From IMG/VR virus record IMGVR_UViG_3300025133_000019: a stretch of DNA of 64,000 bases, one strand, 5' to 3'. The stretch's first letter is position 1. The number at the start of each line of letters is the position of its first letter. Below are positions 49,135 to 59,746 of the stretch, piece by piece. Under the pieces are notes generated by a model, which was not told the DNA's origin, made no database searches, and saw nothing but the letters and a program-made list of their open reading frames with translations. The position numbers were made by a program, and so were the translations under genes. Origin of the DNA: a virus (taxonomy: Duplodnaviria > Heunggongvirae > Uroviricota > Caudoviricetes).

Positions 49135-50133
49135 ATGAGCTTCGACTTCAGGATAAGAAATTTTTGTGACCATAAAGTTTTCAAAGAAAAGCTTGAGTTA
49201 CAAAGTGATCTTCTTAGTTTAGTTATACCTAGAAAAATTAGTAATACGTCTTTGCTCAGGGTATTTGTAGACGGAAAAGAAGTAGAAAGACTAGACCCAG
49301 TTTTTGGCTTTGATGTGGTATTACAAGAGCATTTCAAAGAAACTAAAACAACGGGGTCTCAGTTATTTAGACTTTTGAAAAATAAAAAAATTGTTTTAAA
49401 TACTTTAGATGTTGATATCAGCACTCTTAAGTTTTACGAGAATTTGGACAGAACTAAAGAAATACCTAGTAATGCGTTTAAAATATCTACTAGCATAGAC
49501 TCAACGACTATAGAGGTTAATGACAATTTAGAAGAAGATCAACTAGGTAAATTTTGTTTTATCACATTTTCGTATTCTATTTTTAATAAGGAACTCACTG
49601 AAACTGCTTTGCATGAAATACAATTTCTGAAGTTTTTACCCAATCAAAATAGTCATGTTTTTGAAGTTAGCTATATCACTACTGTAAAAGAGTGTAGAAA
49701 GTGTAATGGATTTGGCTATCACAATGACTTAGAACTAGATAGCACGGGAAACTTTAAAACTGTTGTGAACAACGAGAAGTTAATTCAAGACTCACATATA
49801 TTCACATTTACCGAGAAAGGGAGTGATCCATTTTATCTCTATTTAGGCACGACTATACTAAGTATAGTAGGATCTCCTTACATAAGAAACTTTACTGAAT
49901 TAGAATTAGTTAGAACAACACGGGATTCCCTAGAGAATTTACAGGATCTGCAAGAGTCCCAAAGCACGGTACAAGACGTACCTAAGCAAGAAAAATTATT
50001 GGAAATTAAGGAAATAAAGTTAACTAGAAGAGCGTCTGATGATACCTTTTTTGATTTAGGCGTTAAGATATCGTCTGAATTAGATGAAGAATTAGAATTA
50101 GATACTCTTTTGAAGTTTAGCAGGGTAGTTTAA
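49135..50133 (+). CDS. gp25-like baseplate wedge / sheath-initiator protein
   Basis: C-terminal KLIQD...TEKGSDPF...GT gp25-like pattern, CRKCNGFG motif; ATG 49135 likely start. Confidence 0.6.
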   Translation: MSFDFRIRNFCDHKVFKEKLELQSDLLSLVIPRKISNTSLLRVFVDGKEVERLDPVFGFDVVLQEHFKETKTTGSQLFRLLKNKKIVLNTLDVDISTLKFYENLDRTKEIPSNAFKISTSIDSTTIEVNDNLEEDQLGKFCFITFSYSIFNKELTETALHEIQFLKFLPNQNSHVFEVSYITTVKECRKCNGFGYHNDLELDSTGNFKTVVNNEKLIQDSHIFTFTEKGSDPFYLYLGTTILSIVGSPYIRNFTELELVRTTRDSLENLQDLQESQSTVQDVPKQEKLLEIKEIKLTRRASDDTFFDLGVKISSELDEELELDTLLKFSRVV

Positions 50134-50134
50134 T

Positions 50135-53100
50135 ATGGCGTTTGGAGCACCTCAAATAGTACATCCCTTTACGGGCCAGGATTTTTCAACCAACAGATCG
50201 TCAGTAGATCTCGTTATTAAAGTGACCGATGGGGTTCAATTTTTGCAGGTTAACGGAGTAGACGTTAGTAGTAGTGTGGTAGCTGTCTCTGAGACGGACT
50301 ACGATGTTAAGGAAGATAACGCAATTCCAACCGGGGAGACATTAGAATCATTTTTTATTGTAGCACTTGAGCTTGTCCCCAATAAAACTAGTTTATTTGA
50401 TATAACGTCTGTATCTCAGGCTAATAATAGTGTTAAAGAAACAGTTTCTATTTATATTACTAGCATACCCTCTTCTTCTGTTGGAGTAGAAGTATTAAAT
50501 CCTGTGGAGATTTTTACGGATAGTAAAAGCGAATCAGTTGAATTGTCTTGGATAGATAATAATGATATTTTAGAGTCCCCTGATGGGTCAGGTTACAATA
50601 TATACGTTAGCACCTCTTTAGACAAGAGGCCAGGAACTTATAAAAAAGTCAATAACGTTCCTGTATCCGATACTAGCACTTCAGACCAGATAAAGACTGT
50701 TCTAAGTGAGATTTCTGTCGAAAGCACTACAACTCAGGAATTTACAGAGGCAACAGTAGGAGCAGTAAAAACTTCTTTTTCTATAAGCACGGGGTTGGAG
50801 AAGACTAGATACTTTGTCATAGAAAGGACTGTATTAGATGATGAGACAGGAGATCTAGATGCTCTTAAAGTTACTCTTAAGTCACTAGCTCTGTCTGAGT
50901 TGACTAGTATTAATAGTTTCTTGGCATTCCAGCACACTGATTCCTCCGGGACTAATGTGAGCACAGAGTCAGAATCAGAGACTTTGTTAACTACTATTAA
51001 TACTGCACTTACAGCGTCTGATTATGCTGATGAAGCTGAGAAAAAGCAGTATTTGCATGATGCTGGACTAATCTTAAAGAAACACACTAAGCTATTTCCT
51101 TTATATACTTTCAAAGAAACAGATTTAGTGTTGTCTACTGATACCGATTTAGATATAACTGATGACAATATTCAAGACGCTGTTAAAAATGCTAATCTTA
51201 TTTTGTCGGTATACCCGGATTTGGTTTCTACATACACATTTGGGGTCACAGAAGTAGTATCTAATCCTCATGGGCTATGGACAGTTCAAAGTGATTCCGT
51301 AGTTGCGGGAGGGTTCTCTGGATCTTTTTACAAAAACATAAAAACTTTTATAGCAGATGACAATATCGGGACCTATGGAGATTTTATTAAGTCAGAGCTT
51401 GTTTTCACGGAATACCCTCTTTACGAGTATAGATACGTGCTAACAAAATCTGTAGACACCACCACTAAAATTGAGGAGTCAGATCCAAAACTTAAGCTAA
51501 AGTTCTTGTTGACTAAGGATAATATGCCGGAGGATTTGTCTTTCTTGGTGGGAGAACCTATATTTTTTAGGATTGCTTTTGAGTATATAGACGATGTGTC
51601 TCAAGTTACGGTAGAAAGTTCTATGTCTCCCGAAACAGTGGGAGTTCCAATTACTCTGAGCAATTCTTTGGTCACTCTAAAACACCCTACTCCCACAGAA
51701 ATACAAAACTCTCTTATAACCAGTATTAATAGCAGTTTGCCAGACTTAGACGTGAAACCAGGAAGCATAGCTAGATCAGTGTTCATAAATCCTATTTCTA
51801 CTGTCCATCAAACACTGCATTTTAAGGAGTATTTTAGGGAAGTGTCACAAAGTTTTACTGCTCTTCTTGAGTTTGACGGTACTGATGCAGACGGCAAGAG
51901 TTTAGATGTGTCTAAAAGCCCAAATAAGCAGGCATTACGAGCAGCTTACGGGCTAGACGATACTTCAACTAGCAACGAGTTAATACAGGACTTTATAGAT
52001 AATAGATTTGATTTGCTGGCTTCTAATTTTGGAGTCTCCAGGAAAGAATCCAGCTTTTCAGAAGGGAAAGTTATTTTCTCTGCCACTTCATTATCAGGGG
52101 ACGAGGATACTATACAAATTAGTGCTGGAAGTCTTGTGTCAACCAATTCTCCGGCTGTAGAATTTTCCGTTTTAAACACACTTACTAAAAACGATTTCAC
52201 CAGCTTCAGGAATGGGGATGGATTTTACACTGCTAATGTTAATATAAGGGCTGTTATTTCTGGAGTTTCTGGGAATATCCCTGCTAATTCTATTACAGTA
52301 GCAAAAGGAGGGTCTAACACGGGTTTAAGTGTTACTAATCCTGCTTCTACCTTTGGAGGAAAAGACAAGGCTAATAATAGAGAGCTTGTGGAGAAAGTAG
52401 AAGCCAGACAGCTTAGCTCTGATACTGGGACTATTCCTGGATTAACTAGAGCTATTTCTGAAACAGGGTTGGCTCAAAAGTTTAAAGTTGTGGAATCAGG
52501 AGACCCCTTCCTCAAAAGAGGCTTTGATTATGTGGCCAGGAAAGACTTAGCTGGTTATGTTGATGTTTATATCAAAGGTAAGTTTCCACGAAATTACACC
52601 GAAACTTTTGGGGTTTTTTATGAGAAAAAAATTGGATCATTAGTCAATTTTAAAATAAATTCCTTGGGGGATGATCCATATGACTTCGGGACTCCTTTTG
52701 CTGAGATAGATTTCTTGGTGGATAATCCAGGGCTAGATAATGATTACATTGATATCTATGAGATCACTAGGGCTGAGATCACCAGTCCTCCAGGCAATAC
52801 TTTTTCCAAATCGACTAACCTAATATTAGAGTCTGTTGGTACAATTCCGGTGTTTATGAAGTCTGGAGATTTTAAGGTAGCCCTTGATCTAGGTCTTTCC
52901 GAGAAGACTGTTTCTGGGTCTGTTACAACAAGTATAGTGGACGGTAATATACACTATGACCTAGGAGACGCAGTAGATTATTCTAAGTATAAGAATAAAG
53001 CAATTAGTATATCTGGATTTGATTCTACAGATAATAATGTTGATCCTCTGGATAACCTGAAAGGCAGGCCACTCAGTATTAGTGATGCTGGAAGTCAGTA

Positions 53101-55681
53101 TCTAGAAGTTGATGTAGCAGGGCTGGAGAAGACTGTGAGCGTGTCAGGAGAGGATTTGTCTTCCCAGATAGATTCTACGGACTCTGTGTACCAAGAGGCT
53201 GTTGTAGGTGAAGATTTAAGTGGTCAAATATCAGAGGGGGTTACTCTTTTTTCTCTGGAGTTTCCTAATGTAGTTGACTCTACTAATCAAGTCACTACTG
53301 ATATACAGGATGTGACTGTCAGGTTGAACGGAGAGGAAATAAGCACCTTCTCTTTAAACGGGGGAGTAGGTAATATAGTATTAGATGGGGAACCTTCTGC
53401 TGGAGACAGCTTAAGTATAGATTATTCGTACAGGATATTTAAAACTGAGTTTACAAGAATAGTAGACGGTTCAGATGTCATAACAGATGATACTCAGTTT
53501 TTAACTGCCGTAGTAAATGCGGTTGGTGTAACTCCTATTTGGTTAGACGGTTCAGAAGGGAAATTTGCTCTCCAGACTCTACCTGTTACTAATGAGACTT
53601 TTACAGTTTCTTACAGTTATACTAGAGAAGAGACTGTACAAGCTATAATATCTTTGGGCCAGACTAATATAGTGTCTCCAGAGAAAGTTATTAATGCGGT
53701 TGTAGCTGCTACTATACCTTCGACAGGAAAACTCAGATTTACTACTACGGATTCTGTGGATTATTCTAGTTACACAGGAAAATTCATACAGTCAACAGGA
53801 TTTGAACACAGTGTTATTAATATAGGAGCCTTGCTTACTGTAGATCCTGTTTTTATAAAGGACTCCGGAGTAGGTTATATAGAGATTACAGACCCCGGAA
53901 GTGGATCTGTGGAAACAAAGACGGCGACCATAAAAATAAGCGGGAACTTAGATCTTTATTTGTTTGATGAAGAATCTGCTATTTCCTTTGACTTGCTTAT
54001 GAGGAGGGATTTTTTACATAGAGTCCTTAAAAAACCTTTGGACACTGTAACATCTTTGGTTGATTCTAATAATATTGTGTATAAGGAAAATCTTAATTAT
54101 GTTCAATTCAATAACTCCAAGGTTTTAATGGAAGGTGGGTCTTTGCTTGAGGATAGTGGAGTTAAAATAGTTTCTAGCCCTTTAGAGGAAGTAAAGTCGG
54201 ATTCTTTTGCGGAAGCTGATTTAACAAATTCCAAGCTGTATTTATTAGGAGATTGTTGGCTGACTAGCATGCCCGTGTTGGAGACTGTATCAGGTACTCT
54301 TCAAACATATACTTTTGGGGAACATTTTACGGTACAGAAAAATGCTAAATTCCTGTTTATAAGATTAGATCTAGATTTTGAGTTAGATGAGGGACAGTCT
54401 TCAGTTAGATTGAAAGTTATATATGGAAAGAATCGTGCAAAAGAAAAAGAACTGATACTTGTTCCTGGATTGGACACTTATGTGGATTTAGTTAAGTACT
54501 GGTATTTTCCCAGGATAACTAATGAAGCAGAGGATACCCTTTTAGAGGGGACTGATTACGAGCTATTGGCCACGGATGGAAATTCTGTATATATTAGGAT
54601 GAAAGACTATGTTTTTAATGGTTCTGAAGACTTAGACATTCAGTATTATGAGAATACTAATATTGGGGCACCTTCAAATGTTAACGATCCCGTTTTAACA
54701 GGAGTAGATTATAGACTTTCTCTGGCTTCCGGAGTACCTAAATCATTAACTCATTTCGGGATAGAGCCAAGTAGTGTGGTAGTTAGGCCATATACAGATC
54801 TTAATATACGGCTAGACCCTTATATCAAGGATTTAGATTATAGAGTAGTTACTATTCCGGATACTGAAGTTAAGATAGAAAGAATTAAAAGTGGAAATAT
54901 TCAAGATACTTCTTTTGTTAATGTAGAGTATACTTATGCAGATGAGGTTACCGCTAATTATGTATTTGATGAACAAATAGGATTACTGACCGACGAATTA
55001 AAATCTTTTTCTCACGGGGGATCTGATCTTTTGGTTAAGCGTTTGCAAACCATAAAAGTAGATATAAAAGCCTTCATATATCTATATGACTTGAATTTGA
55101 AGAGTTCAGTTGATCAAAAAATAAGAGAGGGCGTTCACACTTATGTTAATAAGCTTGATGTTGGGGATTCTTTGTTTGAATCTGATATTGTAAGAATAAT
55201 AGACGATACCTCTGGTGTCAGAAATGTTAAAGTAGATTTGGCATTAATGACCATTTCTGATGGAGAAGTCAATTTTTCTGAAGTACTGGATAAAGGGTTC
55301 TTTTCTGTATATGAGCAAGGCGCAGTTAATTCTTATTTCTCTCCTTCTAAGATTACTAATGTAGACGGAAAAGAAACCACTCTTTTGAAGTATGTTCCTC
55401 AAGAAGGAGGAGGTACTGATGACAAAGAGAAATCAGTAGTTGTGGATAATGTGGAATACACTCTTAAGGACAGTCCTGGAGATATATCCAAAGAGAAAGG
55501 TCTAGCATACATTTCTAGTAATGGAAGCATTTACATATCATTTATAGAGGAGACTAAGTCGGACTCTTCTATAGAAATAACATACCAAGTTAAAAAAACA
55601 GAAACATCTACTGATATAGAAGTTTCTCCCTTTCAATTAATAGAGATTAACGATTTAGAATTTGTGTTCTTGCAGAAATAA
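50135..55681 (+). CDS. Baseplate J/gp6-like wedge protein with many inserted domains
   Basis: DVKPGSIAR, LASNFGVSRKE..FSEG.VIF, GNIPAN.I, VTNP..TFGGKD, GYVDVYI, LDVGDSL.ESDI. Confidence 0.85.
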   Translation: MAFGAPQIVHPFTGQDFSTNRSSVDLVIKVTDGVQFLQVNGVDVSSSVVAVSETDYDVKEDNAIPTGETLESFFIVALELVPNKTSLFDITSVSQANNSVKETVSIYITSIPSSSVGVEVLNPVEIFTDSKSESVELSWIDNNDILESPDGSGYNIYVSTSLDKRPGTYKKVNNVPVSDTSTSDQIKTVLSEISVESTTTQEFTEATVGAVKTSFSISTGLEKTRYFVIERTVLDDETGDLDALKVTLKSLALSELTSINSFLAFQHTDSSGTNVSTESESETLLTTINTALTASDYADEAEKKQYLHDAGLILKKHTKLFPLYTFKETDLVLSTDTDLDITDDNIQDAVKNANLILSVYPDLVSTYTFGVTEVVSNPHGLWTVQSDSVVAGGFSGSFYKNIKTFIADDNIGTYGDFIKSELVFTEYPLYEYRYVLTKSVDTTTKIEESDPKLKLKFLLTKDNMPEDLSFLVGEPIFFRIAFEYIDDVSQVTVESSMSPETVGVPITLSNSLVTLKHPTPTEIQNSLITSINSSLPDLDVKPGSIARSVFINPISTVHQTLHFKEYFREVSQSFTALLEFDGTDADGKSLDVSKSPNKQALRAAYGLDDTSTSNELIQDFIDNRFDLLASNFGVSRKESSFSEGKVIFSATSLSGDEDTIQISAGSLVSTNSPAVEFSVLNTLTKNDFTSFRNGDGFYTANVNIRAVISGVSGNIPANSITVAKGGSNTGLSVTNPASTFGGKDKANNRELVEKVEARQLSSDTGTIPGLTRAISETGLAQKFKVVESGDPFLKRGFDYVARKDLAGYVDVYIKGKFPRNYTETFGVFYEKKIGSLVNFKINSLGDDPYDFGTPFAEIDFLVDNPGLDNDYIDIYEITRAEITSPPGNTFSKSTNLILESVGTIPVFMKSGDFKVALDLGLSEKTVSGSVTTSIVDGNIHYDLGDAVDYSKYKNKAISISGFDSTDNNVDPLDNLKGRPLSISDAGSQYLEVDVAGLEKTVSVSGEDLSSQIDSTDSVYQEAVVGEDLSGQISEGVTLFSLEFPNVVDSTNQVTTDIQDVTVRLNGEEISTFSLNGGVGNIVLDGEPSAGDSLSIDYSYRIFKTEFTRIVDGSDVITDDTQFLTAVVNAVGVTPIWLDGSEGKFALQTLPVTNETFTVSYSYTREETVQAIISLGQTNIVSPEKVINAVVAATIPSTGKLRFTTTDSVDYSSYTGKFIQSTGFEHSVINIGALLTVDPVFIKDSGVGYIEITDPGSGSVETKTATIKISGNLDLYLFDEESAISFDLLMRRDFLHRVLKKPLDTVTSLVDSNNIVYKENLNYVQFNNSKVLMEGGSLLEDSGVKIVSSPLEEVKSDSFAEADLTNSKLYLLGDCWLTSMPVLETVSGTLQTYTFGEHFTVQKNAKFLFIRLDLDFELDEGQSSVRLKVIYGKNRAKEKELILVPGLDTYVDLVKYWYFPRITNEAEDTLLEGTDYELLATDGNSVYIRMKDYVFNGSEDLDIQYYENTNIGAPSNVNDPVLTGVDYRLSLASGVPKSLTHFGIEPSSVVVRPYTDLNIRLDPYIKDLDYRVVTIPDTEVKIERIKSGNIQDTSFVNVEYTYADEVTANYVFDEQIGLLTDELKSFSHGGSDLLVKRLQTIKVDIKAFIYLYDLNLKSSVDQKIREGVHTYVNKLDVGDSLFESDIVRIIDDTSGVRNVKVDLALMTISDGEVNFSEVLDKGFFSVYEQGAVNSYFSPSKITNVDGKETTLLKYVPQEGGGTDDKEKSVVVDNVEYTLKDSPGDISKEKGLAYISSNGSIYISFIEETKSDSSIEITYQVKKTETSTDIEVSPFQLIEINDLEFVFLQK

Positions 55682-58660
55682 ATGACAGAATTTAATAAAA
55701 ACTCTAAACTCCTAGAACGAGTAGATAAGAGAGAAGGACAAGATAAATGGGCCTCGTTCATCCTATCTGAGATGTCCTCTATTTATTCTGACGAGTTCAT
55801 TCATTCCTCTAATTATATGGTAATAATAAGGGAGTTAGCGGAAATTTTTGCTGCTAGCGAAATACTATTTGAAAAAGTTTCTTTGGATAACTATCTGGAA
55901 ACAGTACGAGCCACTAGATTATTTAGAAATTTTGGAGATTTAATTTCTGATAGACCAGTTGGATTTAGTGATGAGGAATATAGGATCTTTTTAAAGACTT
56001 TAATAAAAATAGTTTTTAATGGATTTACTATTGTATTTTCAAAAGGTATTCCTGAAGAACTTAACTCTACTCAAGTTAGTATTAAATATCCGGAGCAAAT
56101 AAGAAATACTTCTGTAGTAAGCACGGGTTTAAATCATAAGAATTCATTGTTATCACAGTCTGGCAAGCTAGGTTTAGCATTAACAGAGAGTTCTGATGCT
56201 AATAACGTTTTAGGTGGTAGCAGAGAAAATAATAGAGTTATTATTGAGGCCGAGTTAGATAGTGTAGGTAAATTTGATAGATTTGAATTAGATCTTATTT
56301 CTAGCGTAGTATCAGAAATACTTAGTTCTATAGTACTTTTAGAAGTACGAATCAAGAATATCTCTGGAAGGTCTGGAGTAGGGTCTAAGACTTCTGATTT
56401 AGTTAGATATGCAAGCTTTAATAATTTTGCTTCTATTATGGAGAAGATATCTTATGTTAAGAACGGGGCAGTGTCCTATATAGAGGATATCTCAGCTTAC
56501 GAAGAAGTTATTACTGATTCTTATAGTGTTGGAGATATTGTAGAAGCGTCCCCAGCTCCATCATACACTCATACCTACACCATAGAAGATACTTACGATG
56601 TAGTTGCTAATATTCAAGAATCATTTACTGAGGACCATTCCAATCCCAGTATAACTAGTACGTATCCAGTGGATGGAGCTGTTAAAATACACCCCAGTTT
56701 TACGGCTCTAATAAATTTTAGTGAGCCTTTAGATGTTGCAACAGTTATTCCGGCTAATATCTTTGCTGAGATAGAGACAGCGACTCCAGGAGTATTTCAA
56801 TCCTTGGATTCTACATTGACCTATAACTCCTCTTTAGATAGAGCTGAGCTGGAGTTTGACTCCCAAGCTCTAGAGAGTTTTTTAGGTAGAGACATTAGAA
56901 TCTCTGTAACCCAAAGTATAACAGACACTTTTTCTAATATATTGGATGTTGCCTCAGTTATTACATTTACTTTAACCACCGATATAACAGCTCCAATAGT
57001 TTCTAGCACAGTTCCAGTGGACGGAGCTGTGGACATAACAGCAGACACCTCAGTGGTCACAATAACTTTTTCTGAGGACATGGATGCTTCTACTATAACT
57101 TCTTCTAATATAAAACTTTTTAAAGGGGTAGAGGAAGAAGTTGTTACGGTATCTCACCCTAGTCCAGACACGGTACAACTTACTGTGGATGACGGGAATT
57201 TAGACTTTGAGACTGTGTATAAAGTATTTGTAAGCACGGGAGTAAAAGATTTAGAAGGTAATAATTTAGAGCAGGATTACAATTCCCCAACTGGATTCAC
57301 AACGGAGGATTTGCCTACAGCACCTACTTTTGATGCTGGTGCAGGGGTCCAAACTACCAATGCAAATTATACAATAGAGTGGACAGATACTAATGCTCCT
57401 GGTTACGTAGATTATTTCAAGGTTTATAAGAATGGGGCTTTCCTAAAAACAGGCAATGAAATTGGAGTTCAGATTGATTTGTTTGATTTATATTTAAATG
57501 AGTCGGCTAATTTTACAGCAGCCCCGGTCAAAAATGGAGTGGAAGGAGCCTTGTCGTCTGCGTTTAATTTGGAAAAAATAGTTGATACTCCAGTGTTTGA
57601 CGGAGGCTCTTCCATAGATGCTCCAGGGCCTGATAATCTTGAGGATATCAATCAGGTGTTATCCTGGACTTATACTGTTAATGGGGTATTGGCTAATTAT
57701 CCTGAGCTAGAAGAAGTTACTATAAATCCTGATACTCAGAATATAGAAAACACAGAACCAAATATAGCTAATTCGGGGTTTTCTAGGGCTGACCACAAAG
57801 ATTATCAATACAGAGTGAGAATCAGAGTGGATGGTGGGACTTCTTTTTCCGATGCTTATGGACCTTGGTCAAGTGTAAAAACAATTTATATAAGGCAGAA
57901 GTTAGATCCAATTGTCTCTTTGTCTCCAAAAGTTCAGCACATTCCGAGTGGCATATGGTCTGTTAATTGGCCTAGTGTTGATTACGCTGAGACTTACAGA
58001 GTGAGGATGGAGAAGAGACTAGATTATGACGATGATGGGAATTCGGATTTAATTCTAAGCTCTGCCAGCACAACTTTCAATTTTGATGGCAGTTCTGGGT
58101 CTTGGGATGATAAGATTCACATTGTTACGGTTATGTCTATTGATTCCGGGCTTCATAATCATGAATCGAGTGATTGGAGTGATGGAGTTAATCATTCCGG
58201 ATTTGATGAGTTCTATCCGTATGACGTAGATCCGATTTTACATACTGATATAAACGACGCTTGGGAAACTCAGGCGGAAAGGCAGTTTGGGGTAATTATT
58301 GAGACAGCCATGTACAAGAGTCCTGATCTACAGGCAGTAGGAACAGCAGGATTGAACGTGACTAAAGAAGCTCATATATATGCGGAAGAGGATCACGATC
58401 ATCCTGTAGACGGTCAAAATTTCCCTCAAGCTGACCCCGTGAATTTTACGGCATCTTCTCCTACGGCGGGAATCACTCATTACGAATTCAGGTATAGGGC
58501 TTCTAATAGCCCGGATTGGATCTACGCTGGGCCAAACACTAGCCCAGTATTTGGAACCTCTGTATGGATAGTTCCCGATTTTGTGATACAGGCTAGAGTT
58601 GGAGATAATACCGATTGGTCAGCGTGGAGTAATTCATTAGTGTTGCAAGCTACTGATTGA
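55682..58660 (+). CDS. Baseplate wedge protein (gpI/gp7-like N-terminus) with Ig-like and fn3-like domains
   Basis: LFRNFG...DEEYR N-terminus; two P.(I/V).ST.PVDGA...FSE..D Ig repeats; fn3-like YRVR...GPWS / SAWS. Confidence 0.7.
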   Translation: MTEFNKNSKLLERVDKREGQDKWASFILSEMSSIYSDEFIHSSNYMVIIRELAEIFAASEILFEKVSLDNYLETVRATRLFRNFGDLISDRPVGFSDEEYRIFLKTLIKIVFNGFTIVFSKGIPEELNSTQVSIKYPEQIRNTSVVSTGLNHKNSLLSQSGKLGLALTESSDANNVLGGSRENNRVIIEAELDSVGKFDRFELDLISSVVSEILSSIVLLEVRIKNISGRSGVGSKTSDLVRYASFNNFASIMEKISYVKNGAVSYIEDISAYEEVITDSYSVGDIVEASPAPSYTHTYTIEDTYDVVANIQESFTEDHSNPSITSTYPVDGAVKIHPSFTALINFSEPLDVATVIPANIFAEIETATPGVFQSLDSTLTYNSSLDRAELEFDSQALESFLGRDIRISVTQSITDTFSNILDVASVITFTLTTDITAPIVSSTVPVDGAVDITADTSVVTITFSEDMDASTITSSNIKLFKGVEEEVVTVSHPSPDTVQLTVDDGNLDFETVYKVFVSTGVKDLEGNNLEQDYNSPTGFTTEDLPTAPTFDAGAGVQTTNANYTIEWTDTNAPGYVDYFKVYKNGAFLKTGNEIGVQIDLFDLYLNESANFTAAPVKNGVEGALSSAFNLEKIVDTPVFDGGSSIDAPGPDNLEDINQVLSWTYTVNGVLANYPELEEVTINPDTQNIENTEPNIANSGFSRADHKDYQYRVRIRVDGGTSFSDAYGPWSSVKTIYIRQKLDPIVSLSPKVQHIPSGIWSVNWPSVDYAETYRVRMEKRLDYDDDGNSDLILSSASTTFNFDGSSGSWDDKIHIVTVMSIDSGLHNHESSDWSDGVNHSGFDEFYPYDVDPILHTDINDAWETQAERQFGVIIETAMYKSPDLQAVGTAGLNVTKEAHIYAEEDHDHPVDGQNFPQADPVNFTASSPTAGITHYEFRYRASNSPDWIYAGPNTSPVFGTSVWIVPDFVIQARVGDNTDWSAWSNSLVLQATD

Positions 58661-58704
58661 TAGTAATTTTTTTATAACTTTATATAACTATAGGAAATTA
58701 AAAA

Positions 58705-59187
58705 ATGTCAACAAAAACAGAAAAATACAATTTAGAAGGTGTGAAAGGTGTTTTAGAAGTATGGGCTTACCGTTCTGGTGAGCTACTTTCCTACTCTAAA
58801 AATAATAATGCCATCACTCTAGAGTACAAAAACTTCTTAGCAGGGGCTGTCACAGGCGAACTTGCCATGAATACTTTTGAAATAGGTACTGGAAATACTG
58901 CTCCAGTGCTGGCAGATACTGCATTAGTGGCTTCGGTTTTCTCTAAGGACATAGAGGCCGGAGATCTTTCAAAAGAAAATAATGTTTTATCCTTGTCCTT
59001 AAGCGTAGAAGCTGGAGAGGCTAATTCTGGGTCTCCTCTTGTCAAGGAAGTAGGAGTTTTTATGGGTGCTACAGGGGGTTCAGGGGATTCTTTAATAGCA
59101 AGGGCTTTGATTGTAGACCCGGTAACAAAAAATGATGCCACAACAATAAATATTTTGTGGACATGGACTTTCGGTGACCCGGCTTAA
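58705..59187 (+). CDS. Tail-fibre attachment protein (P2 gpH N-terminus-like)
   Basis: IGTGNT.P...DTAL, GEAN, VKEVGVF, LIAR. Confidence 0.6.
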   Translation: MSTKTEKYNLEGVKGVLEVWAYRSGELLSYSKNNNAITLEYKNFLAGAVTGELAMNTFEIGTGNTAPVLADTALVASVFSKDIEAGDLSKENNVLSLSLSVEAGEANSGSPLVKEVGVFMGATGGSGDSLIARALIVDPVTKNDATTINILWTWTFGDPA

Positions 59188-59744
59188 TGAGTATCAAAGG
59201 AACCGTATTTTATACTTTAGGAGATTTAGAGTCTCCTGAGTTTGTGTCTGAGATAAGAAGTAATGAGAGATTGCCTTCTATAGAATCTTCGGTACTAGCT
59301 TCCTTTGCTAAAGGGGATAAAACTGTATTCTATAAGTATTTAGGTATAGGCGGTGGATCTAGTACATTATTCACAGATCCCGAAACTCCTCCAACGAGTA
59401 AAAGTGTTATTGGTAGCAATTTGGATTCTGTTAATCCAAGACTACTATCTGAGTTTCATAGAAAACAAATTTCTAGTGCTAGATTTATAGATACTAATAT
59501 AGTAGGAGATAACCAATTTACAACTTCTAATTTAGGAGTAATCGAGTTAATCTGGACTTTTTCTAAAGAAGAAGCAGTAGGAACTTGGAGAGAACTAGGA
59601 ATATTTTCTGGGGACGCTACTGATAAATTGAATACAGGAAGCTTAGTGCATTATATAACCATACCGGATTTTGTTAAGACTCCCTCTTTTATAATAGGTA
59701 GAGATTTTAATTGGCATTGGAGACTGGATTTTAATCAGGAATAA
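59187..59744 (+). CDS. Tail-fibre attachment protein (paralog)
   Basis: LGIGGG, EAVGTWRELGIF, W.WRLDF. Confidence 0.6.
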   Translation: MSIKGTVFYTLGDLESPEFVSEIRSNERLPSIESSVLASFAKGDKTVFYKYLGIGGGSSTLFTDPETPPTSKSVIGSNLDSVNPRLLSEFHRKQISSARFIDTNIVGDNQFTTSNLGVIELIWTFSKEEAVGTWRELGIFSGDATDKLNTGSLVHYITIPDFVKTPSFIIGRDFNWHWRLDFNQE

Positions 59745-59746
59745 TT

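Noticed and set aside
34477-59744. Extracellular contractile injection system or tailocin
   Set aside because: Terminase, portal, protease, capsid and replication genes are contiguous, so this is a phage.
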